This document shows positions 1-11,530 of a stretch of DNA of 64,000 nucleotides, one piece after another. Origin of the DNA: Macrostomum lignano (Eukaryota); NCBI GenBank assembly GCA_002269645.1, contig NIVC01001104.1, positions 124,001 to 188,000 on the forward strand. The letters are read 5' to 3'. The notes under the pieces were generated by a model. It did not search any database. It was given only the letters and a program-made list of their open reading frames with translations, and had not been told where the DNA came from. A program made the translations under genes and the position numbers. Positions within the stretch are counted from its first letter, which is position 1; the number at the start of each line of letters is the position of its first letter.

Positions 1-3
1 GTC

Positions 4-2781
4 ATGGCTTGTCCGGCTTTTGATCCGATCCAGAGACAGTCTTATAGACAAATTGAACTGACTGTGTCTACGGTAAGCGACTTGCATGTACGAGTAGCGT
101 ACGATTTCGCATTGAGTCGAGTTGTGCATTTACAATGCGTAAAACTGCCCGAATAACGACATGAAATACTAGAGCGGAGGTTGGCCAACGTTTTTACCAC
201 AAGGGCCAGATAGAGAACCTAGGTCATAACTGCGGACCGGAGGAGGGAAGAGGAGGGAATAAAGAAGGGGGAGATAGGGAGAAAGAGGCTTGAAGCGAGG
301 GAATTAACGAGAAAAGAGAAGACGAGAGGAAAGAACAAGAAGAGATGAATTGGGAGAGGAGAGAAGAGGAGAGAGGAGAGGAGAGGAGAGGAGAGGAGAG
401 GAGAGGAGAGGAGAGGAGAGGAGAAGGGAGAGGAGAAGGGAGAGAGTAAAGTAGAGGAGAGGAGAGGAGAGAGGGGAGAGAGTAGAGTAGAGGAGAGGAG
501 CAGGGAGGAGAGGAGAGGGGAGAGAGTAAAGTAGAGTAGAGAAGAGGAGAGGAGAGAAGAGGATAAGAGAGAAGAGGAGAGGAGAGGAGAGAGGAGAGGG
601 GAGAGGAGAGGGGAGAGGAGAGGGGAGAGAGTAGAGTAGAGAAGAGGAGAGGAGAGAAGAGGAGAGGAGAGGAGAGGGGAGAGGAGAGGGGAGAGTAGAG
701 GGGAGAGAGTAGAGTAGAGAAGAGGAGAGTAGAGAAGAGGAGAGGAGAGAAGAGGAGAGGAGAGGAGAGGGGAGAGGAGAGGGGAGAGTAGAGGGGAGAG
801 AGTAGAGTAGAGTAGAGAAGAGGAGAGAAGAGGAGAGGAGAAAGGAAAGAGTAGAGTAGAGGAGAGGAGAGGAGAGAGGAGATTAGATAGAAGAGCGCTG
901 AGAAGAGATATAAGCACTGAGCGGGCCGGATTTTGCTGACCCCTGTTAACTAGAGACTCAATTTTCTTCTGTACTTTCTAAAAAATAGAATTTTTCTCGT
1001 TTTGGCGTTCGTTAAAATTCAAATCTAGCTCAAATTTCGTGTCAAACGGTATTGTTAAATAAACAATCGTTAGGCAGTTAACACAGCTAAATATTTTATT
1101 AATTGTGTTTTTTTTTAAAGCTGTTTTCCGAATTACTAAAAACGACAATTTTACAGTCCCAATGTTTGGCGCCAATTTGAATAAAATAAAATAAAATAAA
1201 ATGGAATACGATCCTTTGGCGCCTGGTATTACGAGTAACTGCATCACCATATAGCGCAGGCGCTCTAAACTTCATTCATCAAGGGGCCAATCGCATCCGG
1301 CACGTTCGGCTCCGTGTACCGAGGCCGCCTGTCCGAGTCAGGCGAGTCGGTGGCTCTCAAGCGGGTGCTGCAGGATCCGCGCTACAAAAATCGGGAACTG
1401 CGCACTCTGTACACACTTGGTGAGCACGAGAATCTGGTGCGACTGCGCTACCACTACTACTGCCGGGGCAAGATGGACCCGGGCAAGCTCTATTTGCACC
1501 TGGTTACTGAGCTCTTCCCGGAGAGTCTGTTAGACTTGCTGGCAAGATACAGGAAAGCTGAGACCTTGCCTTCCATGCTCAAAGTGCGAATCTTTGCCTA
1601 CCAGCTTCTGCGAGCTATCAATTATATGCATTCGCATCGCATCTGCCACAGGTGAGCGGCTGATGACGGAGCAGCTGGGACCATCTGGGACAGCGTCAGA
1701 CTTAGAAACTGGGAGTCTGGGAGGCCGGCCCAGCACTGGGGATCTGGGAGGCTGACCCAGCAACTGAGGATCTGAGAGGCTGGCCCAGCAACTGAGGATC
1801 TGAGAGGCTGGCCCAGCAACTGAGGATCTGAGAGGCTGGCCCAGCAACTGAGGATCTGAGAGGCTGGCCCAGCAACTGAGGATCTGAGAGGCTGGCCCAG
1901 CAACTGAGGATCTGAGAGGCTGGCCCAGCAACTGAGGATCTGAGAGGCTGGCCCAGCAACTGAGGATCTGAGAGGCTGGCCCAGCAGCTGAGGATCTGGG
2001 AGGCTGGCCCAGAAGCTGAGGATCTGGGAGGCTGGCCCAGAAAAAAAGGGGATATGTGGGGCTGGCGGTAGGCCTTAAAAAAAAGGCCTAACACGTGACT
2101 GCAGCATGTTAGTGTCTTGGAACCCGATTACTTTCCTTCCCAAGGGACATCAAAAGCCCGAACGTTCTGGTTGACGAATCCGACTGCCGCCTGCGCCTGT
2201 GCGACTTCGGCTCGGCCAAGGAGCTGCCGCTGCCCGGCGAAGTTGCCGAAGGCGGCGGCGCCAACGCGGCCGCCGCAGCCGGAGTGGCGTACATCAGCTC
2301 CAGGTACTACCGAGCTCCCGAGCTGCTGTTCGGCTCTACTAATTACAGCTGCGCCATCGACCTGTGGTCAGTCGGCTGCGTGCTTGCCGAGCTGTGCATC
2401 GGCCACTGCCTGTTCATGGCCAACAACTCGCTGGACCAGCTGGTGGCCATCATCCGGGTGCTGGGCACGCCAACCAAGCGCGACCTGCTGGCTATGAATC
2501 CAGTCTATGAGAAGTTCCCGCTGCCACAGGTGGCCCCTGACCCGCAGTTGAGCTTCCCGATTGGTACACCGCCCGAGCTGCTGGACCTGCTGTGCCGCCT
2601 GCTCGCCTACCAGCCTGGCAGCCGGTTGGCACCGCTGCGAGCTCTGGCGCACCCGTTCTTTGACGAGCTCAGACAGCGGCTTCCTAGCGACAAACTGGAG
2701 CTGTTCAACTTTAGCCAGCAGGAGCTCGGCTCGGCTGATCGGGACCTGCTGGCCGCTTTGAAGCCGAGCTATTCCAATTAA
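4..2781 (+). CDS. GSK3: GSK3/shaggy-like Ser/Thr kinase, spliced join(4..72,1284..1651,2145..2781), ~357 aa
   Basis: Motifs GTFGSVY, VALKRVLQDPRYKNRELR, HRDIKSPNVL, LCDFGSAK, AYISSRYYRAPELLFG, DLWSVGCVLAEL, AHPFFDELR. Donor CACAG|GTGAGC (1651/1652) joins acceptor ttcccaag|G (2144/2145) to restore HRD. Exon 4..72 ends ACG|GTAAGC in phase 0, matching acceptor catcaag|GGG at 1284; an in-frame TAA at 1266 rules out simple 5' extension. Exon 1 is less certain and may extend beyond the window. Confidence 0.9.
175..945 (+). mobile_element. hAT-like MITE (family copy 1) with expanded GA-rich core
   Basis: Right end gcgggccggattttgctgacccctg (rc CAGGGGTCAGCAAA), degenerate left end cggaggttggccaac, and internal AAGGGCCAGATA / TGAGCGGGCCGGATT blocks shared with copies near 8.3, 28.1 and 50.55 kb. 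About 660 bp of (GAGAG)n-type sequence inside. Confidence 0.65.
1705..2040 (+). repeat. 28 bp minisatellite (CTGGCCCAGCAACTGAGGATCTGAGAGG)n in kinase intron 2
   Basis: About 11-12 direct tandem copies; the same unit recurs at 45455-46345. Confidence 0.95.
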
Positions 2782-3029
2782 CTAGTTTACAAGCTAAAGC
2801 TTTTATCTGGTGCGAATATTTTCTTCTGAACCATTCTGGCTTGTAGTTTTATGTTTATACAATGCTAGCCACGTTTTTTAGCATCCTATCTGTTGCACTT
2901 TTAAAGCAAAAGTTCTCCCAAACTCTGCTGTTAGTAATTATGGGAAACACCGAATCGACTGTATAACTTTGAAGTATTCGACAGAGTTGTAATGCTTTTC
3001 TGCCTTTCAAAGACTGATCTTAAACACGG

Positions 3030-4325
3030 CTGACTGTCAGTGACCAATTTGACTGTCAGTGACCAATTTGACTATCAGTGACCAATTTGACTATCAGTGA
3101 CCAATTTGACTGTCAGTGACCAATTTGACTATCAGTGACCAATTTGACTGTCAGTGACCAATTTGACTATCAGTGACCAATTTGACTGTCAGTGACCAAT
3201 TTGACTGTCAGTGACCAATTTGACTATCAGTGACCAATTTGACTGTCAGTGACCAATTTGACTGTCAGTGACCAATTTGACTGTCAGTGACCAATTTGAC
3301 TATCAGTGACCAATTTGACTGTCAGTGACCAATTTGACTGTCAGTGACCACTTTGACTATCAGTGACCAATTTGACTGTCAGTGACCAATTTGACTATCA
3401 GTGACCAATTTGACTATCAGTGACCAATTTGACTGTCAGTGACCAATTTGACTGTCAGTGACCAATTTGACTATCAGTGACCAATTTGACTGTCAGTGAC
3501 CAATTTGACTGTCAGTGACCACTTTGACTATCAGTGACCAATTTGACTGTCAGTGACCAATTTGACTATCAGTGACCAATTTGACTATCAGTGACCAATT
3601 TGACTGTCAGTGACCAATTTGACTGTCAGTGACCAATTTGACTGTCAGTGACCAATTTGACTGTCAGTGACCAATTTGACTGTCAGTGACCAATTTGACT
3701 GTCAGTGACCAATTTGACTGTCAGTGACCAATTTGACTATCAGTGACCAATTTGACTGTCAGTGACCAATTTGACTGTCAGTGACCAATTTGACTGTCAG
3801 TGACCAATTTGACTGTCAGTGACCAATTTGACTGTCAGTGACCAATTTGACTGTCAGTGACCAATTTGACTGTCAGTGACCAATTTGACTGTCGGTGACC
3901 AATTTGACTGTCAGTGACCACTTTGACTGTCAGTGACCACTTTGACTGTCAGTGACCAATTTGACTGTCAGTGACCAATTTGACTGTCAGTGACCAATTT
4001 GACTATCAGTGACCAATTTGACTGTCAGTGACCAATTTGACTGTCAGTGACCAATTTGACTATCAGTGACCAGTTTGACTATCAGTAACAGATTTAACTG
4101 TCATTGACAATTGACTGTCAGTGACCAATTTGACTATCAGTGACCAATTTGACTGTCAGTGACCAATTTGACTATCAGTGACCAGTTTGACTATCAGTGA
4201 CCAGTTTGACTGTCAGTGACCAATTTGACTATCAATGACCAATTTGACTGTCAGTGACCAATTTGACTGTCAGTGACAAATTGGACTGTCAGTGACAATT
4301 GACTGTCAGTGAAAATTTGACTTCC
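3030..4325. repeat. 19 bp minisatellite (TGACTGTCAGTGACCAATT)n, ~68 copies
   Basis: Highly homogeneous tandem array with a G/A variant (TGACTATCA). Confidence 0.97.
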
Positions 4326-4495
4326 AGTGAGAGCCAAATGACCTTCAAATTTATAGATATTATGCGGAAAGCTTAGTTAACCTCCGCTAGTACTTGAGCA
4401 TAGGCTTCTTATTGAATCAGTAAAGCACACAAGTAATTGTAAAACCCAAATTAATTTCTTGTCCGTCCGTGACTCTGGAAGGCGATCGAGCTTAC

Positions 4496-5765
4496 CTTCA
4501 ACGAGTTGGCAGTCTTGGCCAGCATCTCCTTCTCGATGGACTCCAGCACCTCGATCTCCCGCTGCTGCTCCTTCTCCTTGGCCTTGACTTTGTCGTTCTC
4601 CTCAATCAGGCCGGTGATTTTCTCGCTGAGCGAGCCCAGCTGCCTGTTGAGCGCCGCGTTCTCTTCGATCGTCTTCCGGGTCGTCTCGGCCATCTGCCTG
4701 TTGGACACCTTGCGGAATTCGCTGGCCACATCGTTCACTTTCTCGACCATCTCCTTGCGCAGAGAGTCTTTCTGCACTACTGTCTCCCTCTCCAGTAGGT
4801 AGATCTCCTCCTTGTGAATCTCCTCCTGGCGCTTCATTTTCTCGTCCATTTCTTGGAACTTCTCGTTCATCTCCTCCTTCTGGATCCGGTACTCGTCCAG
4901 GGTGGTCAGCTTGCTCTCTGCGGTTGGGATCGGCGTACAGCAAGCTGTTAACAATTCACAGATACTTTTGTAACTTGCATGTAAATGGTAGCCAAACTTA
5001 GTGGATGTGGCGCCAAAATGAGTGTCGGGAAGGCGCCAAAATGATTTTTATAAGGAAGTCACAATGAATGTCAAGAGGGCGACGAAATATTGAATAAGTG
5101 TCGGGACGGCCCCAAAATGAATTTCAAGAGGGCGCCGAAATGTGTTTCAAGACGGCGCCGAAATGAATTTCACGAGGGCGCTAAAATTGAATTTCACGAA
5201 GGCGCCAAAATGAATTTCAAGAGGGTGCGAAATGAATTTAATTCAAGAGGGCGCCAAAAGATGGAGAACGCTACAACGCATGTAACTGAAGTTCATTTAA
5301 TTTCGATCAATTCAACTCACGCAGCGTGAACCCGTCCTGCTCCAGCTGCTCCTTCGTGTCCCGAAATTCTTTCTTCTGCTTCTCCATTCTCTCCTCGTAG
5401 GATTTCTGATCCTTCTCGTAGGCCTCTTGAAGCGCGCGCAGCTCCTCCTGCAGCTCGGCGCAGGTGTTCGTCTTCTCGCTCACCCGGTCGCGCAGGTACT
5501 CGGTGATCTCCTCCATGTCGCCCGACACCGTCACCCGCTTGCTCTTCAATTGGTCGTTCAACAGTTCCAACTCGTCGCAGCGTCTCTGAAGTCCGCTTAC
5601 TCGACGTTGGAGATCCTTCAATTGGCGCAGTTTGGCCTCCTGTTCGCGCTTGTCTGGCAATGCTGGCGCCAATTTGGCGCCCGCGCCAGCCTGTCCAGTG
5701 GCGCCAGATTGGGCGCGCGAAGACTTCTTAGACTTCTTGCCGCCTCCCTTTTTCTTCTTTCCCAT
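4496..5765 (-). CDS. CFAP157: Cilia- and flagella-associated protein 157-like coiled-coil protein, first two exons (5765..5321, 4917..4496)
   Basis: Lys-rich start MGKKKKGGGKK; joined exons read GFTLQSKLTTLDEYRIQKEE...SLRKEMVEKVNDVASEFRKV...MAETTRKTIEEN, matching my recollection of CFAP157 (ILGGKLAALEEFRLQKEE...[20 protein letters not shown]...MWETTKRAIKEN). Donor C|GTGAGT and acceptor gcag|AG are phase compatible; exon 2 ends AAG|GTAAGC. Confidence 0.85.
5005..5260. repeat. Degenerate ~22 bp repeat (GGCGCCAAAATGAATTTCAAGA) in CFAP157 intron 1
   Basis: About 10 imperfect copies; core GGCGC(C/T)AAAATGA resembles the reverse complement of the array at 54095-54535. Confidence 0.75.
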
Positions 5766-7810
5766 TGTTGGTTGGGGATCTGCAATGTATTTTTGTCGGC
5801 TATTTGTTGTATAAAGAATGAAATTCAAATGAATAGAAACATAATATTTTATTTAAAAAACAAATTTAGGAATGAATCCAGTTTATTACTAATAGATCAG
5901 CAAGCTTAATTAAAGGTTAGCTTTTTCGTTTCTGGCAGAATGGCTGAATAAATTAATTCAATGAACCATATTAACTTGGTCTTACAGGTTTGGTATGGAC
6001 ATCTTAACTAGCTTAAAATAAATTTAAGGTACAGATTCCTCAAACTAAATTATCTACTTGGAATTCATATTAAAAATACTCAATAGAAACAATAAAAACA
6101 GTTGTCTGGAAATCATAAACCATTTGATGATTTGGACAGTTGATATGGACAATTGGATATGATGTACATCATCCATTGTATTTTTGCCTTCTAAAATAAA
6201 AGTGATTTGATATTAAATATTTTTAGATATGTTCATTTTAAAATTCGGTTTAACATAAAATAATACTGCGATACAAACTATTTTAATTTCTAAATATGCA
6301 AGTTACCACATTAGTAAGTGCATACAGAAAAAGTAAAAAAAATATGTTTTTAAAAACTTGCTAAAAACAGGTTTTCAAATAGATATGCTGATTATATTAA
6401 TTAAGAATGACAATTAGGAAACCATTGAAACAGCCGCTCAAAAAACTATTTTTAAAGCCTAGAAGCAGAAACATAACAACTGGTAAAATCAGGTTAATCA
6501 GCGCGACAATATTGTGCTATTTTATACATTTTTATACTCGGACGAAAGGCACATTATCCCAGAATGATATAGAAACGTAGTAAAATGTATTTATTAATTA
6601 ATTCTAATACTGGCTGTCTCAGACAAAATCTGTTAGATTGGTAAACTGTTGAGTATGCGTATAAAAGTATGCAATAAACCTAGATCTAGTCATGTAGATG
6701 CATAATTGCATGAACTCTCGTATACTTTGTTCCTTGACTGTTACGTCAGACGGTAAAGTTTTGATTAAAATAAAGTGCATTCGTAATGCTAAAACAAGTG
6801 GTGTTGTTGTAGCCTAAGCATATAACGATGGTGCATGTTTTTATTGCTTTGATGTATGTGAAACGAATGCAGATTTAGGCAAATGCAAATTCGATATTTT
6901 TAGAAAAGTTAAATATCTGAAGCGTATCTAGCAATATAAAGCTATAACAAATTTAAAAGTTTAAAGTTTAAATTCAACAATAGACGAGTTTTTAACATGT
7001 GGAACTAACTACTTGTTTACTTTATACTTTTAAAAAATAAATCTTATCGTAATCTTGAGGTGCAATTACGTATTCACCAAGGACAAATAAATCATACTTA
7101 CTTAATACAGTCAGTCGATTAGGCAACGGAAATTCCCCATCTTGAATAAACTGCAAAGCAAAAGCACGTATAGTGCGTGTTTTTATATTAATTCACTCCG
7201 AATTATTTTTATAATGCATGTGTTATACATGTACGTACAGATATTTCATACACTTGTTCTAGATGTACGAGTATCATCTCGTAGTATCATAGCCGATAGT
7301 AAAAAACTGTGTTCTGTTGCTTACACCTAACTCAGAAACTTTGTAGTTGTTGAACTGTACTGTAATTCACGTACATTTAATGTTTGATTATTGATCTTGT
7401 TAAAGTTAACCTGCTTTGAAATATTTGTACATAACGGTACAAATTGTGGTAAAATTGCAAACCATCCAGATCAGATTTAGTTTTTAGATATTTTTTGACT
7501 GAATGATTTCCAATAAGCAACTCCAAAATGAATTTCGAAAACAAAACATCACACAAATACTAATTATATCCAGTCGTGCGAGACCTAAGCCATGGTAACA
7601 GTTCAGTAACCACAGAAACAGCAAGTAAAGCGGAACTTTTATTTTCATTTTAATAATAAAAATTGAAACCAAACATAGCCAAATAGATTTATTACATTCA
7701 AACAGTTTTCAGCGGTATTACCTAAAAATACAAACCATTATTTAGACAACAAATCAAATGCAAGTGCACAGAACAGTAAACTAAACAAGCAAAATGATTT
7801 TCTTAGTTAT

Positions 7811-8002
7811 TCAACGCGCGTCAAACACAATCATTCGGGACGTCCGCTTCTTATACATAATCCGATGGCCGCACTCCCGACAGCGGATCACCTCCTTGGC
7901 TTTGATTTCGCTTTCTTTATGACAGTCGCCGCAGATGTAGACAACTGCGTGCAGTTTCGGCGGCGGAACAACGCCCGGTTTGGGAGTCTGGCCCGGCTCC
8001 AT
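7811..8002 (-). CDS. POLR2K: RNA polymerases I/II/III shared subunit RPABC4 (RPB12), intronless, 63 aa
   Basis: [14 protein letters not shown]...[25 protein letters not shown]: C4 zinc ribbon and the characteristic C-terminal FDAR. Confidence 0.97.
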   Translation of the reverse strand: MEPGQTPKPGVVPPPKLHAVVYICGDCHKESEIKAKEVIRCRECGHRIMYKKRTSRMIVFDAR

Positions 8003-8239
8003 CAGTGCCGGCTAACTGGCTGTGGCTGCAACGAGTATTTGTTTTGATGCGCGAAGCTTGTAAGGTTTCAGTTTCTTACAGTTTCTAATTAGTGCTACGT
8101 AAATACTCGTACAAGGCGACAGTCGACTTGCAGCCCAGCAGTTGTGCCCCCCTCCCACAGAACAAGCACACGCCCTGAATTTCTAATCATCATTAGAAAG
8201 CTCAGGGGGCCAATTTTCGTGCACAAGCCCCGAGTTAAT

Positions 8240-8312
8240 GCGGCCGCGTACGGACTCAAACCTTGGGACTGTAGCGCGTGAGTCAGGTGCGCGTTAATCA
8301 CTGGGCTGCTTT
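8240..8312 (-). mobile_element. Possible degenerate tRNA-derived SINE head
   Basis: Minus strand has A-box-like GCAGCCCAGTGATTAACGCGC (8309-8289) and B-box-like GGTTTGAGTCC (8262-8252) at tRNA-like spacing; no full cloverleaf. Confidence 0.3.
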
Positions 8313-8319
8313 GCAATAA

Positions 8320-8637
8320 CTCAAACTCCGGCATGCGGGCCACATCCGGTTCTCGGGTCCTTTGAAACTTCACAATAGCAATCCGGCCCGCTCAGGATTT
8401 GTCTTTCTTCTCCCTTCTCTCCTCTCATTTCTCCAGTCTCGCCTCTTCTTCCTCCTCTCTCCTCTCACTTTTCTTCTCTCTTCTATTTCGTCTTTCCTCG
8501 CTTCTCCTTTATTCCCTTGCCTCTCCTTTCCACCATCTCTCTTTTCTATATCTCTCCTCTCCCCTATTGCGGCCCGCAGTTAAGCGCTATAGGCTTTCTA
8601 TCTGGCCCTTTAGGGTAAAAAAGTTTGCCGACCCCTG
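8320..8637 (-). mobile_element. hAT-like MITE (family copy 2) with CT/GA core
   Basis: End gtttgccgacccctg (rc CAGGGGTCGGCAAAC) and block GGGTCCTTTGAAACTTCACAATAGCAATCCGGCCCGCTCA, the reverse complement of a block in the 28.1 and 50.55 kb copies. Confidence 0.75.
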
Positions 8638-9223
8638 CAATAAATCAAAACTAAACTATTCAGCTCGTATGCGCATGACAGATGACAATATGGAGTCTAT
8701 AGACAGAAAGGAGTGTTTTGAAATCAAGCATTTGTCCAAATATGGGTTCCGCTGTTTATCGAACATCTTTCAGCCTATTTTTCCCGAGCTGTTTCTTTTT
8801 AAATGAATCGACCTGGCTTGGCCCATTCCAGCCTCATTTTCAAGTCTCCAGTGCTTAGTGAAAGAAAAACAAATTTGTCCATCCGCTGTGTACAGTTAAG
8901 CAGAATTAGTCTGGGAAATACAGGATGGGGATATATAGAGAGGGGAAGGCTAGGAGAGAGAGATGCAGATGGGAATGTTGAGAAAGAACAATGGAACAGT
9001 GGGGGGAGGAGAAACAGTCGTTATTGCATAGCAACACGCCCATCTTTCCTCTCCCCTCGCTCCCAAAGTGGCGGGGATCTATCTGGAGCAGCTTGGGGCA
9101 AGAGTTGGACAGATAGGGAGAAAAGGTTGAAGCGCAATCCCTACAATAAGAGCCTATTCACTGCGACGCTTCCAGAAATTTCCAACCAAATATTACCACC
9201 TAGCTTTTCAACTGGATTTCAAG

Positions 9224-9488
9224 ATGAGTCACCAAGGCACTACGCAGGACAATGCCACGATTGCCAACAATCAGTTGGAAGAAGACGAAGTGGATGAAAC
9301 TGCAGCTGCAGCAGAGGCGGCTGCACTGGCCGAGGCTAGAAAAAGAGCAGCGGAATCTTCTGAAGCTCGCAGGCGTCGACACGTTGAATTCGCGGTTTGG
9401 GAGGCCGGCATCAACCAGCGTTTCACTGTAGCGGCGGGGCGCTTTGAAGCCTTGCTGACACAGTCCGGGGGAGCGAAGCAATCGGAGA
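9224..9488 (+). CDS. Candidate coding exon of an unidentified gene (acidic/Ala-rich helical peptide)
   Basis: GC-rich open frame MSHQGTT...HVEFAVWEAGINQRF, preceded by tttcaag|ATG and ended by consensus donor GAGA|GTAAGT (9488/9489). A minisatellite follows directly, as in the confirmed introns of this window. No family recognised. Confidence 0.4.
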
Positions 9489-9529
9489 GTAAGTGATGGC
9501 GAATGGCCTAGGAGAAGCCGCGAACTGAT

Positions 9530-9800
9530 GAGACCAGCTCTGACCTGCGAGATACCAGCCAGCACTGAACCCATGACAGACCAGCTCTGACCTGCGAGAT
9601 ACCAGCCAGCACTGAACCCATGAGACCGGCTCTGACCTGCGAGATACCAGCCAGCACTGAACCCATGAGACCAGCTCTGACCTGCGAGATACCAGCCAGC
9701 TCTGACCTGCGAGATACCAGCCAGGACTGAAACCATGAGATACCAGCTCTGACCTGCAAGATACCAGCCAGCACTGAACCCATGAGACACCAGCACTGTC
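9530..9800. repeat. ~42-45 bp minisatellite (GAGACCAGCTCTGACCTGCGAGATACCAGCCAGCACTGAACCCAT)
   Basis: About 6 tandem copies, some partial. Confidence 0.9.
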
Positions 9801-11384
9801 TGAGTCACATACAAGATACTAAATCTGAACTACAAATGATGCCAGACCTAAACTACACTGAGATGAGATACCAGCTCTGGCTGCCCTGAACAAAAATGAG
9901 ACCCTTAAGTTTAGCCTCCTAAATGTGGTGTAAAAAGATAGCTTAATAATATAGTATACAATGCATATGTTTCTAAGAAAATCTTACTAAAACAAACTTT
10001 CAAATATTATGTTTAAAAAATATATAGTATACAATATTAACAAAAAAACAGACAACTTTGCATTCTAAATGGCATTGTTATTTTTTTTCAAAATGAATTT
10101 AAAGATTCTAGTAAGAGAAAAAGCAATGTGCATTTGAAATATAATTTTCTCATATTAATAAAACCTATAGCTTTGAAATTATTTCACTACTAAATATCTG
10201 GAATTAATTTTAAATGTCTTCATTCATTTGAGGATGAGCAAATGACTAGCCTATCTAGGACTTTGTAGAATATTTCTATATATTATACTCAGGAAAGTGG
10301 CCTATATGCTAGAAAAAAATAATTATTGTCATTCAATATGTTGCTTTAATCAGACAATTGCATATAGGAATGCTGCTTTGTCTATTCATTAGAAACTGCA
10401 AGGTGTATGGCCAAATAAACAGAGAAATTATTTGATTGATAGCCATAAACCATAATACTATTTTACCTCCTATTTAAACCAATTCATATTAAAAAACAAG
10501 TAGGATTTCAATTCAAACACTTAAAGAAATCTTAGAACTTGCAAAAATTCTTGCAGAAAAGTCCTTTCTATTGAAACAAAATTAAGTCAACTTAGACTGT
10601 TTATGGCCAAAACTTCTCAAGTGATGTGGCCGCAGCCTTTTGCTGCAAGCATAGGGCCGCAGTCACATCTTAGGCACTGCTGTCTGCTGCTAGTATCTGG
10701 AATAGGAATTTTCTGCTGCCTCCATGCACTCTAAGCAGCCTTCCTCAGCACTCAGAAGTTGCACAATATGGCGCAATCGAGTCATCATAATGAGACTCTT
10801 TAACATAGGAAATTAGGAAGTTTGCCTAGCCTTAGGGTTAGTTAGTGGAAGCCGCCAAATTTGGCGCTTGCCTGTAATGTTGTTGCCTGGCCTGCCGCGT
10901 ATGATCGCTCAGTGTACGCAAAGTCTAGTTAGCCACACTCCTCCCCTGTGCACTCTCTGGACCCTTTCCCCCTTTTTCTCTCTTAGTCTAAAAATAGAAT
11001 GACACATGGGGAGAGGCTCGGATGCAGGAGGAATGAGGGTTTCGCGGACCCCATGTCCCGAGCTGAACCCTCCCTCACATGCAGCCTTGTGCGCACAAGC
11101 CCAAATTTGGCATGGTATTGTCACTGGTGGCTTGAGGCAACTGTTGGCGCTTCGTACAAGCTACTTTCTCCCCCCAATGTTTAATCAATATCTGTTGTGC
11201 ATCATTATCCGCACTTTTCGGCTGCAGTTCCATGGTCAAGCCACAGAATGCCCAAACACTCCACCCTCCGCATTCTATATTAACAAATGCAGGCCTGCTT
11301 GTCTGAATTTTTCCTCAGAACCTTTTTGACCGCTGTTTAGACTCATTGAGAGCTATATCCGAGAAAGCGCTCTAGCGCCAGTTA

Positions 11385-11530
11385 ACAGCAAAGCAAAGCT
11401 CCTAAGCAGGTCTTGGTAGAGCAAAGCATCGCTAAAAGCAGCCGCAAGCTCCTGAGCAGGTCTTGGTAGAGCATTGCAACGCTCAAGCAAAAAGCACGCT
11501 CCTGAGCAAGTCTTGGTAGAGCATTGCTAG
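11385..11530. repeat. Three-copy ~50 bp tandem repeat
   Basis: Core GCTCCTGAGCAGGTCTTGGTAGAGCA occurs three times with related linkers. Confidence 0.8.

Noticed and set aside
219-917. 232 aa Leu/Ser-rich ORF, and similar ORFs at 28163, 29177-29923, 30377-31342, 38003, 44934-46331, 48047-50589, 51460, 54042, 55217-55977, 56512-57321, 57633-58809, 59337-61150
   Set aside because: Translations of micro/minisatellites whose unit lacks stops; no splice or compositional support.
8095-8373. 92 aa minus-strand ORF upstream of POLR2K
   Set aside because: Runs through MITE and SINE-like sequence; no protein features.
9835-9890. Possible C/D-box snoRNA (ATGATG...CTGA...CTGA)
   Set aside because: Imperfect C box, no terminal stem, and the sequence overlaps minisatellite-derived DNA.
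11385-11530. CRISPR-like repeat-spacer pattern (26 bp repeat x3)
   Set aside because: The spacers resemble each other, there are no cas genes and the context is eukaryotic; it is a degenerate 50 bp tandem repeat.
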